DNA of 64,000 nucleotides from an uncultured Bacilli bacterium (GCA_947624505.1 CANQKO010000005.1:1761-65760), one strand, 5' to 3'. Counted from the first letter of the stretch, positions 24,980 through 34,379 are shown. A program made the numbers and translations. The notes: generated by a model from the sequence alone, not told the origin.

Positions 24980-25690
24980 TTATAAATTAATATATACACC
25001 GCCCATTGCATCATATTTCTCTCTAACAGAGTTATCAAATAAAAAAACTTTACCATACCCACTTCTTGAAATAGTATATTTTTTGCTATCACTTAAAGAC
25101 GCGGATCTAGCAGCGTGTTGATAGCTTTGATATATGGAGCCTCCAAGACTCACATTATAGTATTGATAAATATAAATATCAGTTGCTTTTTCCGGTAATT
25201 TTATAGATACGCCAAAACCATTTGTTTGTTTTAAAATGTTTTCAGAACCATAATCTTCGGTAGAAGATACAAGTACTGTTGTTGGATCAGTTAAAAGTTT
25301 AGTATTTAGTAAATAGGCTCCAATTACATCATAACTTCTAACGGTAGGATCTCTTAACCATTTTAACTCTACTGAAATAGAGCAATAGCTTGAGTTGCAA
25401 ACCGAAGATATAGTTAATCTTTTACTTCCCGTCTCATAGTAGTCAGAAGCAAGTGGCATAACACTAAAACTCTTTTTAACTTCCTTGTCCATTAAACTTT
25501 CATCAATTAAGTTATTATAATCATCTTGCGACATAATACTTATAAATCTTTCAGAAAACCTTTGAGTCAAATAATTATACTCTTCTTCTGTCAAACTTAT
25601 ACCATTTTTATTGGTATAAAAAGCCGATTTAGCATAACTGACAATTGGAAATATTAATAATATAGCTAAAAATATTATTTTCTTTTTCAT
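24980..25690 (-). CDS. Secreted protein, paralog B of the same family
   Basis: Signal peptide MKKKIIFLAILLIFPIVSYA. C-terminal block YQHAARSASLSDSKKYTISRSGYGK...YDAMGGVYINL. Confidence 0.6.
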   Translation of the reverse strand: MKKKIIFLAILLIFPIVSYAKSAFYTNKNGISLTEEEYNYLTQRFSERFISIMSQDDYNNLIDESLMDKEVKKSFSVMPLASDYYETGSKRLTISSVCNSSYCSISVELKWLRDPTVRSYDVIGAYLLNTKLLTDPTTVLVSSTEDYGSENILKQTNGFGVSIKLPEKATDIYIYQYYNVSLGGSIYQSYQHAARSASLSDSKKYTISRSGYGKVFLFDNSVREKYDAMGGVYINL

Positions 25691-25758
25691 ATAACAATTT
25701 CTTCCTTTCCAAGAAAAGCATACTCCAATTTAGCTGCAAAAAAAAGAAACTTATAGTT

Positions 25759-26877
25759 TCATTTTATAGAATTTAATATTATATTGTTAAATTTTTGAAT
25801 TATCGTTTGATAATTTTTACAATTATTTTCACATTTTGATTTGTTAAAGAAATAATTAAAAGAAACGTTGTCTTTATAATTTTTATAGGAAACAAAATTC
25901 TTATTTAATTGGTAAACAAAATATTCAATAAAAGATTTATTTTCACTAATTGTTATTTGTAAATTTTTTAAACTATCAGAATAATTAATTTCTATATTAT
26001 CTTTAGAATAATTGTAATTATCATTATTTATCTTAGAATATTTAAGTTTAATTTTTTCGATAAGATTTTCATCGATTACCTTTAATACATATGTGTCATT
26101 ATTTTCATTTTCGGTAAATTTTGCATTGTCTATATTCTTTATTGTTTTTACAAAAAGCAGTCTATCATTTACATAATCTTCATTTACATTAATTTTAATT
26201 GTTTCCTTTTTATCTTTATAATATATATCCATATACAAATTATTTAAAGTGTTATTTATATTATCAAAATCAAAATATTCATTATAGCCATTTTCATCAG
26301 TTATCATTATATAATCTTTTGTAGTATTTAATATAATATTACTGCCATTTTCCTTTGAGTAAAGAACAATTGAATTTATACTTAAATTATTTTTGGTAAC
26401 GATATCACCTATATGAAAGTAAATTTTGTCGTTTGTCTTAACCATAATACCTTCACAATTTTCTATGTTATCACTAAATCCAGTTAATGTATAAATTTTA
26501 ACTGCTTTATAAGATTTTATAAAATAATATGCTAAAAATATTATTGTAAATAAAATAATTATAATAGTTAATATTTTTATTATTTTACTCTTTTTATTTT
26601 TTTCATCATATAATTTCAATGATATTTGATTAATGTCATTTATATTATTTTTAGTTATGTATTCGCCCAAAAGTATTTCGTTAATTGATACATTAAATAA
26701 GCTACTTAGTTTAACCAAAACAGAAGAATCTGGTATAGCAAGGCCCCTTTCCCATTTTGAAATGGCTTGACGACTAATAGGTATTAGCTCTGCTAATTGT
26801 TCTTGTGTATAGTTTTTATTTTCTCTTAACTTTTTTAAAAATAATCCCATTTTATTTTGATTCATTTTTTCCTCCAC
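25759..26877 (-). CDS. Membrane-bound XRE-family regulator (HTH, TM helix, extracytoplasmic domain)
   Basis: HTH_3 YTQEQLAELIPISRQAISKWERGLAIPDSSVLVKLSSLFNVSINEIL; TM helix IIKILTIIIILFTIIFLAYYFI; ~250-aa N/K/I-rich outer domain. Confidence 0.7.
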   Translation of the reverse strand: MEEKMNQNKMGLFLKKLRENKNYTQEQLAELIPISRQAISKWERGLAIPDSSVLVKLSSLFNVSINEILLGEYITKNNINDINQISLKLYDEKNKKSKIIKILTIIIILFTIIFLAYYFIKSYKAVKIYTLTGFSDNIENCEGIMVKTNDKIYFHIGDIVTKNNLSINSIVLYSKENGSNIILNTTKDYIMITDENGYNEYFDFDNINNTLNNLYMDIYYKDKKETIKINVNEDYVNDRLLFVKTIKNIDNAKFTENENNDTYVLKVIDENLIEKIKLKYSKINNDNYNYSKDNIEINYSDSLKNLQITISENKSFIEYFVYQLNKNFVSYKNYKDNVSFNYFFNKSKCENNCKNYQTIIQKFNNIILNSIK

Positions 26878-26994
26878 CCTGACTTTATGAAATTTATTAT
26901 AAATATTTTTTTACTTTTCTTTAATAACAAAGTAGCTCGATATTAAGAATTTCATTTTTTACATATTATCTCAACACAAAATACATATTTTCAT

Positions 26995-27020
26995 AGAAAG
27001 AAGACTGTTTTACCAGTCTT
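26995..27020 (-). terminator. Terminator after hpf
   Basis: Minus strand reads AAGACTG-GTAAAA-CAGTCTT followed by a T-rich tail (CTTTCT). Confidence 0.45.
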
Positions 27021-27038
27021 AAAGTTCGTTATAAAAAT

Positions 27039-27563
27039 TTATTTAACATTAATTATTCCAAATTTGCCATCTTTTCTACGATATAAAACCGAAACACATT
27101 CTTCTGATACATTTTTAAAAACAAAGAAATCGTGATTCAATAAATTCATTTGTAAAATAGCTTCCTCTTCATCCATTGGTTTAGTATCAATATCTTTTCT
27201 TTTAACAATTACATCTTCTTCTTCATCATCATTAATATCTTCTAAAACCATTACTGGTATTTCATCAGTATATCTATTTTTAAGTTTAGTTTTATTTTTT
27301 CTTATTTGTCCTTCTAATTTATCAACAACTAAATCAATCGCTGCATATAAATCTTTATCGGAAACTTCTGCTCTTAAAATAAATTTATTAAGAGGTATTG
27401 TTACTTCAATGGTTTGTAAATTATTTTTACTTCTTATTAAAGCTTTACATTCAATACTTTCAGCATCACCATAATATTTGTTAAGTTTACCAAGCTTTTC
27501 TTCAATATAATCTTTAATTGCTTTAGTAACCACTAACTTATCCCCTCTAATAGTAAATTTCAT
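27039..27563 (-). CDS. hpf: Ribosome hibernation-promoting factor (long HPF)
   Basis: 174 aa. RaiA/S30AE N-domain MKFTIRGDKLVVTKAIKDYIEEKLGKLNKYY and a long-HPF C-domain ending FVFKNVSEECVSVLYRRKDGKFGIINV. Confidence 0.9.
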   Translation of the reverse strand: MKFTIRGDKLVVTKAIKDYIEEKLGKLNKYYGDAESIECKALIRSKNNLQTIEVTIPLNKFILRAEVSDKDLYAAIDLVVDKLEGQIRKNKTKLKNRYTDEIPVMVLEDINDDEEEDVIVKRKDIDTKPMDEEEAILQMNLLNHDFFVFKNVSEECVSVLYRRKDGKFGIINVK

Positions 27564-27605
27564 TCTATCACTCTCCTAATTAAAGTATAACATAAATTTG
27601 ATAAA

Positions 27606-27629
27606 CAAAAAAGTAGGAATATTCCTACC
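27606..27629 (-). terminator. Terminator after csp
   Basis: Minus strand reads GTAGGAATATTCCTAC followed by TTTTTTG. Confidence 0.7.
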
Positions 27630-27663
27630 AAGACTTAAAAAACTACCCTTATTCTCTTGCTTT

Positions 27664-27879
27664 TTATTTAGTAAGCATTTTTTGCTCTTCAACAACATCA
27701 ATTGCTTGTAATCCTTTAGATGTTTCAATTAGCTTAAAATTAACTAATGCGCCTTCATTTAAAGTTTTATAGCCATCTTTTACAATTGCTGAATAATGAA
27801 CAAAAATATCTTCTAAATCTTCATATTCAATAAATCCATAACCCTTATCATTGTTGAACCATTTAACTTTTCCGTGCAC
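27664..27879 (-). CDS. csp: Cold-shock protein (CspA family); start trimmed to a GTG
   Basis: Core [30 protein letters not shown] (RNP1/RNP2). The ORF-track version (to 27963) adds a basic 28-aa extension with no Csp precedent. GTG at 27879 is preceded by GAGGTGG, and the remainder is a likely long 5' UTR. Confidence 0.85.
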   Translation of the reverse strand: MHGKVKWFNNDKGYGFIEYEDLEDIFVHYSAIVKDGYKTLNEGALVNFKLIETSKGLQAIDVVEEQKMLTK

Positions 27880-28029
27880 ACATCCACCTCTTTTCTTCTT
27901 AGCCTTATTATGCCATAACTTCTTTGTCCTTCGCAATAAAAATCGTGCGACAAAGTTCGACATTAAAATACACTGACTGTTCTATAATAGCAAAAATAAA
28001 GGCTTTATAAAACCATAAATACAACTATT

Positions 28030-28611
28030 TCAAAGATTATAAATAATTCTATAGAGAATATAATTTTCCCCCTCTTCATAGAAATAATAATCTAATTTTG
28101 TCCCTTTTAAAATAGCTAATAATTCTAAATAATTTTTTCCATATATAATAATTTTATCTTTATTTAATAATTTAATAATATGTAATATTAAATCTTTATT
28201 TATATTATAATCATACATTAATATCTTTAAATTCCCATAATAATCTATATAATATAGATAAAAATAAGTATAATTATAAATTATATATAATTTTTTCTTA
28301 TCAACTAATAAATAATCTATTTCACTTAGAAATTTTATTTTTTTATAATTTAATAATTCTAATGTATCTTTAATAATCTCTTTATCTTCTTTAGTGATAT
28401 TTTTATTAATAATAACATTAATATTGTTATTAAAGATATTATTATTTAATTTATATTCCTTAATTACTTTTGCAAACTTTTTAATAAATTTATCTTTATT
28501 AATAATTCTTCCCATTAACAAAGTATCTTTATATGGCATTATTTTTATTATTTGCTGCGTTTTTTTACTATATAAATTTATATAATCATCTAAGTATAAA
28601 TAATCTGTCAT
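28030..28611 (-). CDS. Hypothetical protein, extremely N/K/I/Y-rich
   Basis: 193-aa ORF with no recognisable motif. Coding status rests only on its length in AT-rich DNA and operon-like placement after the SpoIIQ-like gene. Confidence 0.4.
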   Translation of the reverse strand: MTDYLYLDDYINLYSKKTQQIIKIMPYKDTLLMGRIINKDKFIKKFAKVIKEYKLNNNIFNNNINVIINKNITKEDKEIIKDTLELLNYKKIKFLSEIDYLLVDKKKLYIIYNYTYFYLYYIDYYGNLKILMYDYNINKDLILHIIKLLNKDKIIIYGKNYLELLAILKGTKLDYYFYEEGENYILYRIIYNL

Positions 28612-28647
28612 TTAATCAATTCCTTTAAAAAATTAATCCCTTAAGGA

Positions 28648-29295
28648 TTAATCTACTTTATAATCAGTTATTTTAGTGCCAATAAATTCTTCAGGATTTA
28701 TTATTTCATTATTATAATATACTTCAAAAAGGAATGTTTTTTTATTATTTAATATTTCATTATTATTAGATTGGCCTAAAACTTCCCCATTCGCCACATT
28801 ATCACCTTTTTGAACCTTAATATTATCTAGACCATAATAGTAAGTTCGAAGATTAGGAGAGTGTTCAATTACTAAACATTTACCAAAGAACTCATCATTT
28901 AAGATATCTACTACCTTACCATCAAATGTCGCTTTAACATCGAAAGCATTATCACTAGTATAAAGTATACCGGTATTAGGTAAATAAGTATTTTCATAAT
29001 ATATGAGACTACTTTGTTGTCTAGTGGCATCATCTTCTTTTTGATAGTAATGAACGCTTATACTAGCACTGCCTTCATCAATTGGGTTACTTATTGTATT
29101 TGATACAGCATTCTCTTCCCCAATAACTGTTTCAACATCACTATCTAAAATGTCTGTGCCATATTTATAATCAACATCTTTAAAATTAATACTTCTTCCT
29201 AAAAAGATCACTCCAACAAAAACTGCAACTGTAATTAAACAATATAATGTAGGTAAAACATATCCCCTAAGTTTTAATTTTTTCAAAATATTCAC
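28648..29295 (-). CDS. Membrane-anchored degenerate LytM/M23 domain protein (SpoIIQ-like)
   Basis: N-terminal TM helix. C-terminal M23 fold (KCLVIEHSPNLRTYYYGLDNIKVQKGDNVANGEVLG...TFLFEVYY) with the HxH metal ligands replaced. Sits next to spoIID. Confidence 0.6.
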   Translation of the reverse strand: MNILKKLKLRGYVLPTLYCLITVAVFVGVIFLGRSINFKDVDYKYGTDILDSDVETVIGEENAVSNTISNPIDEGSASISVHYYQKEDDATRQQSSLIYYENTYLPNTGILYTSDNAFDVKATFDGKVVDILNDEFFGKCLVIEHSPNLRTYYYGLDNIKVQKGDNVANGEVLGQSNNNEILNNKKTFLFEVYYNNEIINPEEFIGTKITDYKVD

Positions 29296-29337
29296 CGTCC
29301 TATTTAAAGTATGAACGGAAAAATAAAACTTTATACT

Positions 29338-30243
29338 TTAAATAGAACTTAATTTAACATTTTTATAATAATAAGTTAAGATATTTTCATAAGTACTTCC
29401 ATCTTTAGCCATTCCATTGGCCCCATATTGACTCATTCCTACCCCGTGTCCATAACCTTTGGTAGTTACTAAAACATTACTATTAATAGTTATATCAAAA
29501 TCAGTTGAACGAATGCCTAAAAGTTTTCTTACTTCAGTTCCTTTAAACACTTTATCATTAATTGTTATTTCATTAACCCTATTAGTATTACTTCTTTTAA
29601 TATTTTTAATTACAATATTATCACAAGTAATACCTAACTTAGAACAAAATTCTTGTTTAGTAAATTCTTTAGTTACTAAAAAATTTTTTAATGATTCATT
29701 ATCATAACTAGATTTAACACTTTGTAAATATTCTTTATCTTCACTAAAGACTAGAGAAGCATCTTCAGTATAACCATTACTCATTGCAAAATAAAATGCT
29801 TCAATCACTTCACCTTCATAGGTTAAAACAATTCCTTTAGTCATATCGACAGCATTTTTAATTTTCATATAATATTTATCATAATCACTTCCCCATTTTT
29901 GTTGCATTTCTTCTTTTGTAATATAGCTTTGATTAGATATATCAGTGACAACGTCATAGTGACCATTACTATTATTCATTTTATAGACTGCATAAGTTCT
30001 TGAAGCAACAGCTTGAGCTTTTAAGGCTTCACTAGCAAATGAGGCAGGCATTTCCGCGGCGACTACCCCAATGACATATTCTTCCAGATCCAACTTACTT
30101 ATTTCATCATTTTTAGTATCCTTTATTGTAATACTTTTACTATCATTATCTACCATAAAAAAAGTAGTATTATATTTACTACTTACTACAACATATACTA
30201 CACTTAATACTCCTGTTATTACTAAAAGTATTTTATTATTCAT
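29338..30243 (-). CDS. spoIID: Stage II sporulation protein D (SpoIID/LytB lytic transglycosylase family)
   Basis: ALKAQAVASRTYAV, FYFAMSNGYTEDA, GHGVGMSQYGANGMA. Confidence 0.85.
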   Translation of the reverse strand: MNNKILLVITGVLSVVYVVVSSKYNTTFFMVDNDSKSITIKDTKNDEISKLDLEEYVIGVVAAEMPASFASEALKAQAVASRTYAVYKMNNSNGHYDVVTDISNQSYITKEEMQQKWGSDYDKYYMKIKNAVDMTKGIVLTYEGEVIEAFYFAMSNGYTEDASLVFSEDKEYLQSVKSSYDNESLKNFLVTKEFTKQEFCSKLGITCDNIVIKNIKRSNTNRVNEITINDKVFKGTEVRKLLGIRSTDFDITINSNVLVTTKGYGHGVGMSQYGANGMAKDGSTYENILTYYYKNVKLSSI

Positions 30244-30256
30244 ATATAGTCTCCTT

Positions 30257-30460
30257 TTATAGATTTAAAAAATCATATACAAAGTTTGTTAACAAATAAG
30301 AAAGGGCAACACTTAAAACCATAATTAAAAGTCTTGCCTCAAGTACTTTACCTCTTTTCATAAACTTTTCAAAGTTTACTCCTGATAAGATAAAAATACT
30401 CAGAAATAAAAATATGGCATATAAATAAACTTTATAATTCATTATATTCACCATTTTCAT
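30257..30460 (-). CDS. Small two-helix membrane protein (possibly DUF1146/YwzB-like)
   Basis: 67 aa with two hydrophobic segments. The family guess is from memory only. Confidence 0.4.
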   Translation of the reverse strand: MKMVNIMNYKVYLYAIFLFLSIFILSGVNFEKFMKRGKVLEARLLIMVLSVALSYLLTNFVYDFLNL

Positions 30461-30887
30461 ATTTTATGATTGCTTCAACTCTTTTTATTCTTCTTTCTAA
30501 ATCTGGTTTAGGAGCGGTTAAAAAAGTCAAAGCAATTTCTTTTAAAGCTTCTATATCTTGCTTAGATCCAAGAGCTAAAACATTACAATCATTATGGCTT
30601 CTTCCCTCATATGCATCATCTTTAGATAACGCTCTTACACATCTAATACCTTTAACTTTATTCGCCGCAATTGACATTCCTATACCATTACCACAAATTA
30701 GTATACCAAAACTTCCCTTATCATTACTAACACATTCTCCTAATTTAAAAGCAAATTCTTGATAATCATCAACTTCTCTATTATCTATACCAATTTCTAA
30801 AACTTGATAATTATTTTCTTCTAAATATTCTTTTAACTCCTTTTTGGCTAAAACCCCTTTATAATCTGCAGCTATATATACTCTCAT
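30432..30887 (-). CDS. rpiB: Ribose-5-phosphate isomerase B (RpiB/LacAB family); start trimmed
   Basis: MRVYIAADYKGVLAKKEL...FGILICGNGIGMSIAANKVKGIRC. The ORF-track N-terminal 59 aa overlap rpmE and the intergenic DNA, so ATG 30887 is the plausible start. Confidence 0.85.
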   Translation of the reverse strand: MRVYIAADYKGVLAKKELKEYLEENNYQVLEIGIDNREVDDYQEFAFKLGECVSNDKGSFGILICGNGIGMSIAANKVKGIRCVRALSKDDAYEGRSHNDCNVLALGSKQDIEALKEIALTFLTAPKPDLERRIKRVEAIIKYENGEYNEL

Positions 30888-30948
30888 TTTATCACCCTTA
30901 ATAAAATTATAAAAAAAAATTAATTTAAAGACAAGAAAAAAGAAGAAA

Positions 30949-31161
30949 TTAATTTCCTTCTTTTGTAAAACCATATTTTTTATTGAATTTTTCAATATTA
31001 CCAGTCTTAGATGCTTTACCTTGAGCACCAGTATAGAATGGATGACATTCACTACAAACTTCAACGTGAATTTCTTCTTTTACTGATCTTGTTTTAAATG
31101 TTGCCCCACAAGCACATTTAACAACAGCATCTTTTACATCTGGATGGATATTAGCTTTCAT
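30949..31161 (-). CDS. rpmE: 50S ribosomal protein L31
   Basis: [26 protein letters not shown]...[11 protein letters not shown] (CxC...CxxC zinc form). Confidence 0.95.
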   Translation of the reverse strand: MKANIHPDVKDAVVKCACGATFKTRSVKEEIHVEVCSECHPFYTGAQGKASKTGNIEKFNKKYGFTKEGN

Positions 31162-31253
31162 AATTCTCTCCTTCCGCCATACTACTATAAAATAGTATAG
31201 AAACTTCTTTGTTCTTAAGTATTATACCATATATTTAAAATACTGCAAGTATT

Positions 31254-31505
31254 TTAGTACTTCTCCATTGTCTCTTTATATTCACTGCGGTAATACATTC
31301 TTTTTCTTTTTCTAGTATTAGAAAAACTTTTAACATTGTTTTGGCCATCAATATCTTCCTCTATTATTTCTTCTTCTAATTCAAAAGGCTTTCTAAACAT
31401 CCTAGCTTCTTCACTATTTTTTGTATGCTTATAAATACCATTTATTAAAGTTAAACTAAGTACAACAGCAATAATCTTATTTACTTTTTTATTCATTTCC
31501 ACCAT
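31254..31505 (-). CDS. Small membrane-anchored hypothetical protein
   Basis: 83 aa with an N-terminal TM helix (IIAVVLSLTLINGIY) and a charged tail. Confidence 0.4.
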   Translation of the reverse strand: MVEMNKKVNKIIAVVLSLTLINGIYKHTKNSEEARMFRKPFELEEEIIEEDIDGQNNVKSFSNTRKRKRMYYRSEYKETMEKY

Positions 31506-31551
31506 CCCTAAGTGATATTTATTATAACAATTTGATAACTAATTTACAATA

Positions 31552-32244
31552 TTAAATTGAGTTAATAATCATATCTTTTATTACTTCGTGAGCCCGGTAA
31601 TTAAAATATAAGCTATTCTTATCTAAATAATATTCATCATTTTTAGCTAAATCACTTATATTAATAAATATAGCATCATATTTAAGAGCAATATTAGCAA
31701 GATAAGAATTTAATATAATAACATTACTTTTACTTAAATATTTATTTTCATAAAAACTAATTATAATTATTTTACCTTCACATATATCTTTTAAACTATA
31801 TATAAAATTATCATATTTATTAATATAATTATTAATTACTTCTTTAGTTAAATCATTAGTTATTGCCATTTTAACTAATTCTTCTTCTCCAAAAGATATC
31901 GTTAAAATATCGGCTTTATGAATTAACTGTTTAATATTTAGTTTATCTTCTTTATTCTTTTTATTTTTTTCTAAATCATTAATTATATTTTCTAATTTAT
32001 AATTTTTATAAGCATAACTACTATTATAATTTTTAAGTATCCTCTTGCTTTCAAAATATTCTCTTAAATAATCATTATAACTAATACCATCTATTTGATA
32101 ACTTGTTTCACCACTGGCAATACCATCCCCTAAAGCTACAATATTTATTTTACTTTCCCGATTAAAAAAATAAATAAAATAAGCAATTATAATACTAATG
32201 CTAATAATTAATATTAATTGATACTTTCTTCTCAAAAAAATCAC
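31552..32244 (-). CDS. Membrane-anchored protein, weak SGNH/GDSL-hydrolase-like N-block
   Basis: 230 aa with a TM helix, then IVALGDGIASGE, which resembles SGNH block I. The other blocks are not convincing. Confidence 0.35.
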   Translation of the reverse strand: MIFLRRKYQLILIISISIIIAYFIYFFNRESKINIVALGDGIASGETSYQIDGISYNDYLREYFESKRILKNYNSSYAYKNYKLENIINDLEKNKKNKEDKLNIKQLIHKADILTISFGEEELVKMAITNDLTKEVINNYINKYDNFIYSLKDICEGKIIIISFYENKYLSKSNVIILNSYLANIALKYDAIFINISDLAKNDEYYLDKNSLYFNYRAHEVIKDMIINSI

Positions 32245-32271
32245 CTTAAAAAAAATGTAGTTTCTACTACA

Positions 32272-33525
32272 TTATATTTCTTCTAATTTTATTTTAGCAC
32301 CGACATTACTTAGTTTATGAATAATATTCTCATACCCTCTTAAGATATAATTTATATCATAAATACTAGTTGTACCTTCCGCAATTAAAGCAGCAAGAAT
32401 AAGGGCCGCTCCTCCTCTTAAATCGGTAGCGTGAATTTCGGTCCCTACTAATTTAGCTTTACCATAGATGGTTGCTTTTAAGCCATCGACATCGATTTTA
32501 GCTCCCATTTTTTGCAAATATGGGTAGTGGCCAACTCTATTTTCCCATATCGTTTCTTCCATTTTACTTACACCTTCAGCTTGCGTTAATAAAACACTCA
32601 TTGGTTGACCTAAATCAGTTGGAAAACCTGGATACACTTGCGTAACAACGGCTACTGGTTTGAGCTTTTCAGCTTTATTTAAAACAACCGCGTTTTCTTC
32701 AAATTGATAATTAACACCCATTTCCGTTAATTTATCAAATAGAGCCTTATTATGTTCTTTAATAATCCCTTCAACTTTTAAATTTTTACCTAAAAGAGCA
32801 CCGACTAAAATATAGGTTCCGGCTTCAATTCGATCAGGTATAACTTTAACGGAAGCACCATTTAATTTAGTAACACCATCAATAATAATTGTATCACTAC
32901 CAGCCCCACTTATCTTAGCTCCCATATTATTTAGAAAATCCATTATATTAATTATTTCTACTTCTTTGGCAGCATTATGGATAATAGTTCTTCCCTTAGC
33001 ATAAACGGCCGCAAACATAATGTTAATTGTGGCACCCACTGAGGCAAAATCAAGAGTAATTTCGGCTCCCTTTAATTCATCAGCTTTAATAGTATATTTG
33101 TGACCTCTTTTGGTAAATTTAGCCCCTAGAGCTTTAAATCCTTTTAAATGCAAATCAATAGGTCTTGAACCAATATTACAACCACCAGGAAAATACATTT
33201 CAACTCTTTTATATTTTCCTAGTAAGACCCCCATAAAATAATATGACGCTCTTAATCTAACACTTAATTCTTGAGTAATTAAAATATTTTTTAAATTAGT
33301 TGTATCTATTTTTATTTCACTACCATTTTGATTAATATCACAATTTAAGTGTTTAACAATATCAAATAAGGCATCCCTATCAGTTATATTTGGAACATTT
33401 TTAATTGTACTAATACCATCGGCCAAAAGAGCGGCGGGAATTAATGCTACAGCACTGTTTTTAGCACCACCAATGGTGATCTTACCACTTAGTGTATGTC
33501 CCCCTTCAATAACTATTTTCTCCAT
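32272..33525 (-). CDS. murA: UDP-N-acetylglucosamine 1-carboxyvinyltransferase
   Basis: 417 aa. MEKIVIEGGHTLSGKITIGGAKNSAVALIPAALLA, FPGGCNIGSRPIDLHLKG, YPGFPTDL. Confidence 0.95.
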   Translation of the reverse strand: MEKIVIEGGHTLSGKITIGGAKNSAVALIPAALLADGISTIKNVPNITDRDALFDIVKHLNCDINQNGSEIKIDTTNLKNILITQELSVRLRASYYFMGVLLGKYKRVEMYFPGGCNIGSRPIDLHLKGFKALGAKFTKRGHKYTIKADELKGAEITLDFASVGATINIMFAAVYAKGRTIIHNAAKEVEIINIMDFLNNMGAKISGAGSDTIIIDGVTKLNGASVKVIPDRIEAGTYILVGALLGKNLKVEGIIKEHNKALFDKLTEMGVNYQFEENAVVLNKAEKLKPVAVVTQVYPGFPTDLGQPMSVLLTQAEGVSKMEETIWENRVGHYPYLQKMGAKIDVDGLKATIYGKAKLVGTEIHATDLRGGAALILAALIAEGTTSIYDINYILRGYENIIHKLSNVGAKIKLEEI

Positions 33526-33738
33526 TATATACCTTCTTTACTTTTAGTAAATTATATTTCTACTATTATTTATGTATTTATTTTATTTTTGGTACTATTA
33601 ACTATAATAGTACCTAATTATTTTTACTCGTCATCCCTGAAATAATCATACTTTATTTTACAGGTATTTGTCAATAAGAGAATTTCTTTTTCAAAGGCTT
33701 TTAAACAAAAATTAAAAAAAGTTAATAACCCTAAATTA

Positions 33739-33912
33739 TTAACTATCTATTACTTTACTAATTTTAACTTTTAAATATTTATTATATTTAATTTCACTTG
33801 GACTTATCATATCTTTTGTTAAAAAAGATATAATCATAAAATAAACAAGAACTATTTCTAATAATATTAATACTATATTAAATACTATAAATGTCTTTTT
33901 ATTAATAAACAT
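33739..33912 (-). CDS. Small membrane ORF (57 aa), below ORF-track cut-off
   Basis: My translation is MFINKKTFIVFNIVLILLEIVLVYFMIISFLTKDMISPSEIKYNKYLKVKISKVIDS. Its ATG lies 2 nt after the stop of 33915..34379 (coupling). Confidence 0.3.
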   Translation of the reverse strand: MFINKKTFIVFNIVLILLEIVLVYFMIISFLTKDMISPSEIKYNKYLKVKISKVIDS

Positions 33913-33914
33913 AA

Positions 33915-34379
33915 TTACTCACTTAAACGAAAATATATGGAACAAACATCTTTTTCGGTTATTGTAGTTCTTGTTATTTTATTACCTTCATCATATAAAA
34001 GAGTTGAATTATTTAAACAGGAATAGCCATTGTAAGTATAACCTATCGATGGAATACTATCTGCTAACTTAAAAAATCCCTTCTCTTCCTCATCTTCTAA
34101 AAAAACTAGTAAAGTATAATCATAATCATCAATATACATTCTACCTACTTTTGCTTGAATTAAAATTGCGCCCTCTTCATCTTCAGAATAATACGCTAAT
34201 GAAGTAAAGATATTGGCAATTAAAATAGTTATAACAAGTAATATTGAAGCAATAGTTACATACTTTTTTCTAATCCTTGGATTATTAATATCATTTTGAT
34301 ATTTTTCTTTTAAAAGTCTTCCTACTTCTTTGGCATCCTCTACATAATCATCAATTGTTTCAATAAATTTTTCTTTCAA
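33915..34379 (-). CDS. Membrane-anchored hypothetical protein with a Cys-bracketed beta module
   Basis: 154 aa. TM helix VTIASILLVITILIANIF. The C-terminal IPSIGYTYNGYSCLNNSTLLYDEGNKITRTTITEKDVCSIYF resembles the module after the TM helix of 35809..38010. Confidence 0.5.
   Translation of the reverse strand: MKEKFIETIDDYVEDAKEVGRLLKEKYQNDINNPRIRKKYVTIASILLVITILIANIFTSLAYYSEDEEGAILIQAKVGRMYIDDYDYTLLVFLEDEEEKGFFKLADSIPSIGYTYNGYSCLNNSTLLYDEGNKITRTTITEKDVCSIYFRLSE

Noticed and set aside
27880-27963. Basic 28-aa N-terminal extension of the cold-shock protein ORF
   Set aside because: Csp proteins start right at the GKVKWF strand. An SD plus GTG is present at 27879, so the extension is more likely 5' UTR.
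30888-31064. N-terminal 59-aa extension of the rpiB ORF (overlapping rpmE)
   Set aside because: The extension covers the rpmE 3' end and the intergenic poly-A/T. The RpiB homology begins at MRVYIAADYKG (ATG 30887).
33583-33606. Hairpin GGTACTATTA-ACTA-TAATAGTACC upstream of murA, considered as a terminator or attenuator
   Set aside because: On the coding (minus) strand it is followed by an A-run, not a U-run. No leader ORF or riboswitch-like conservation is recognisable.
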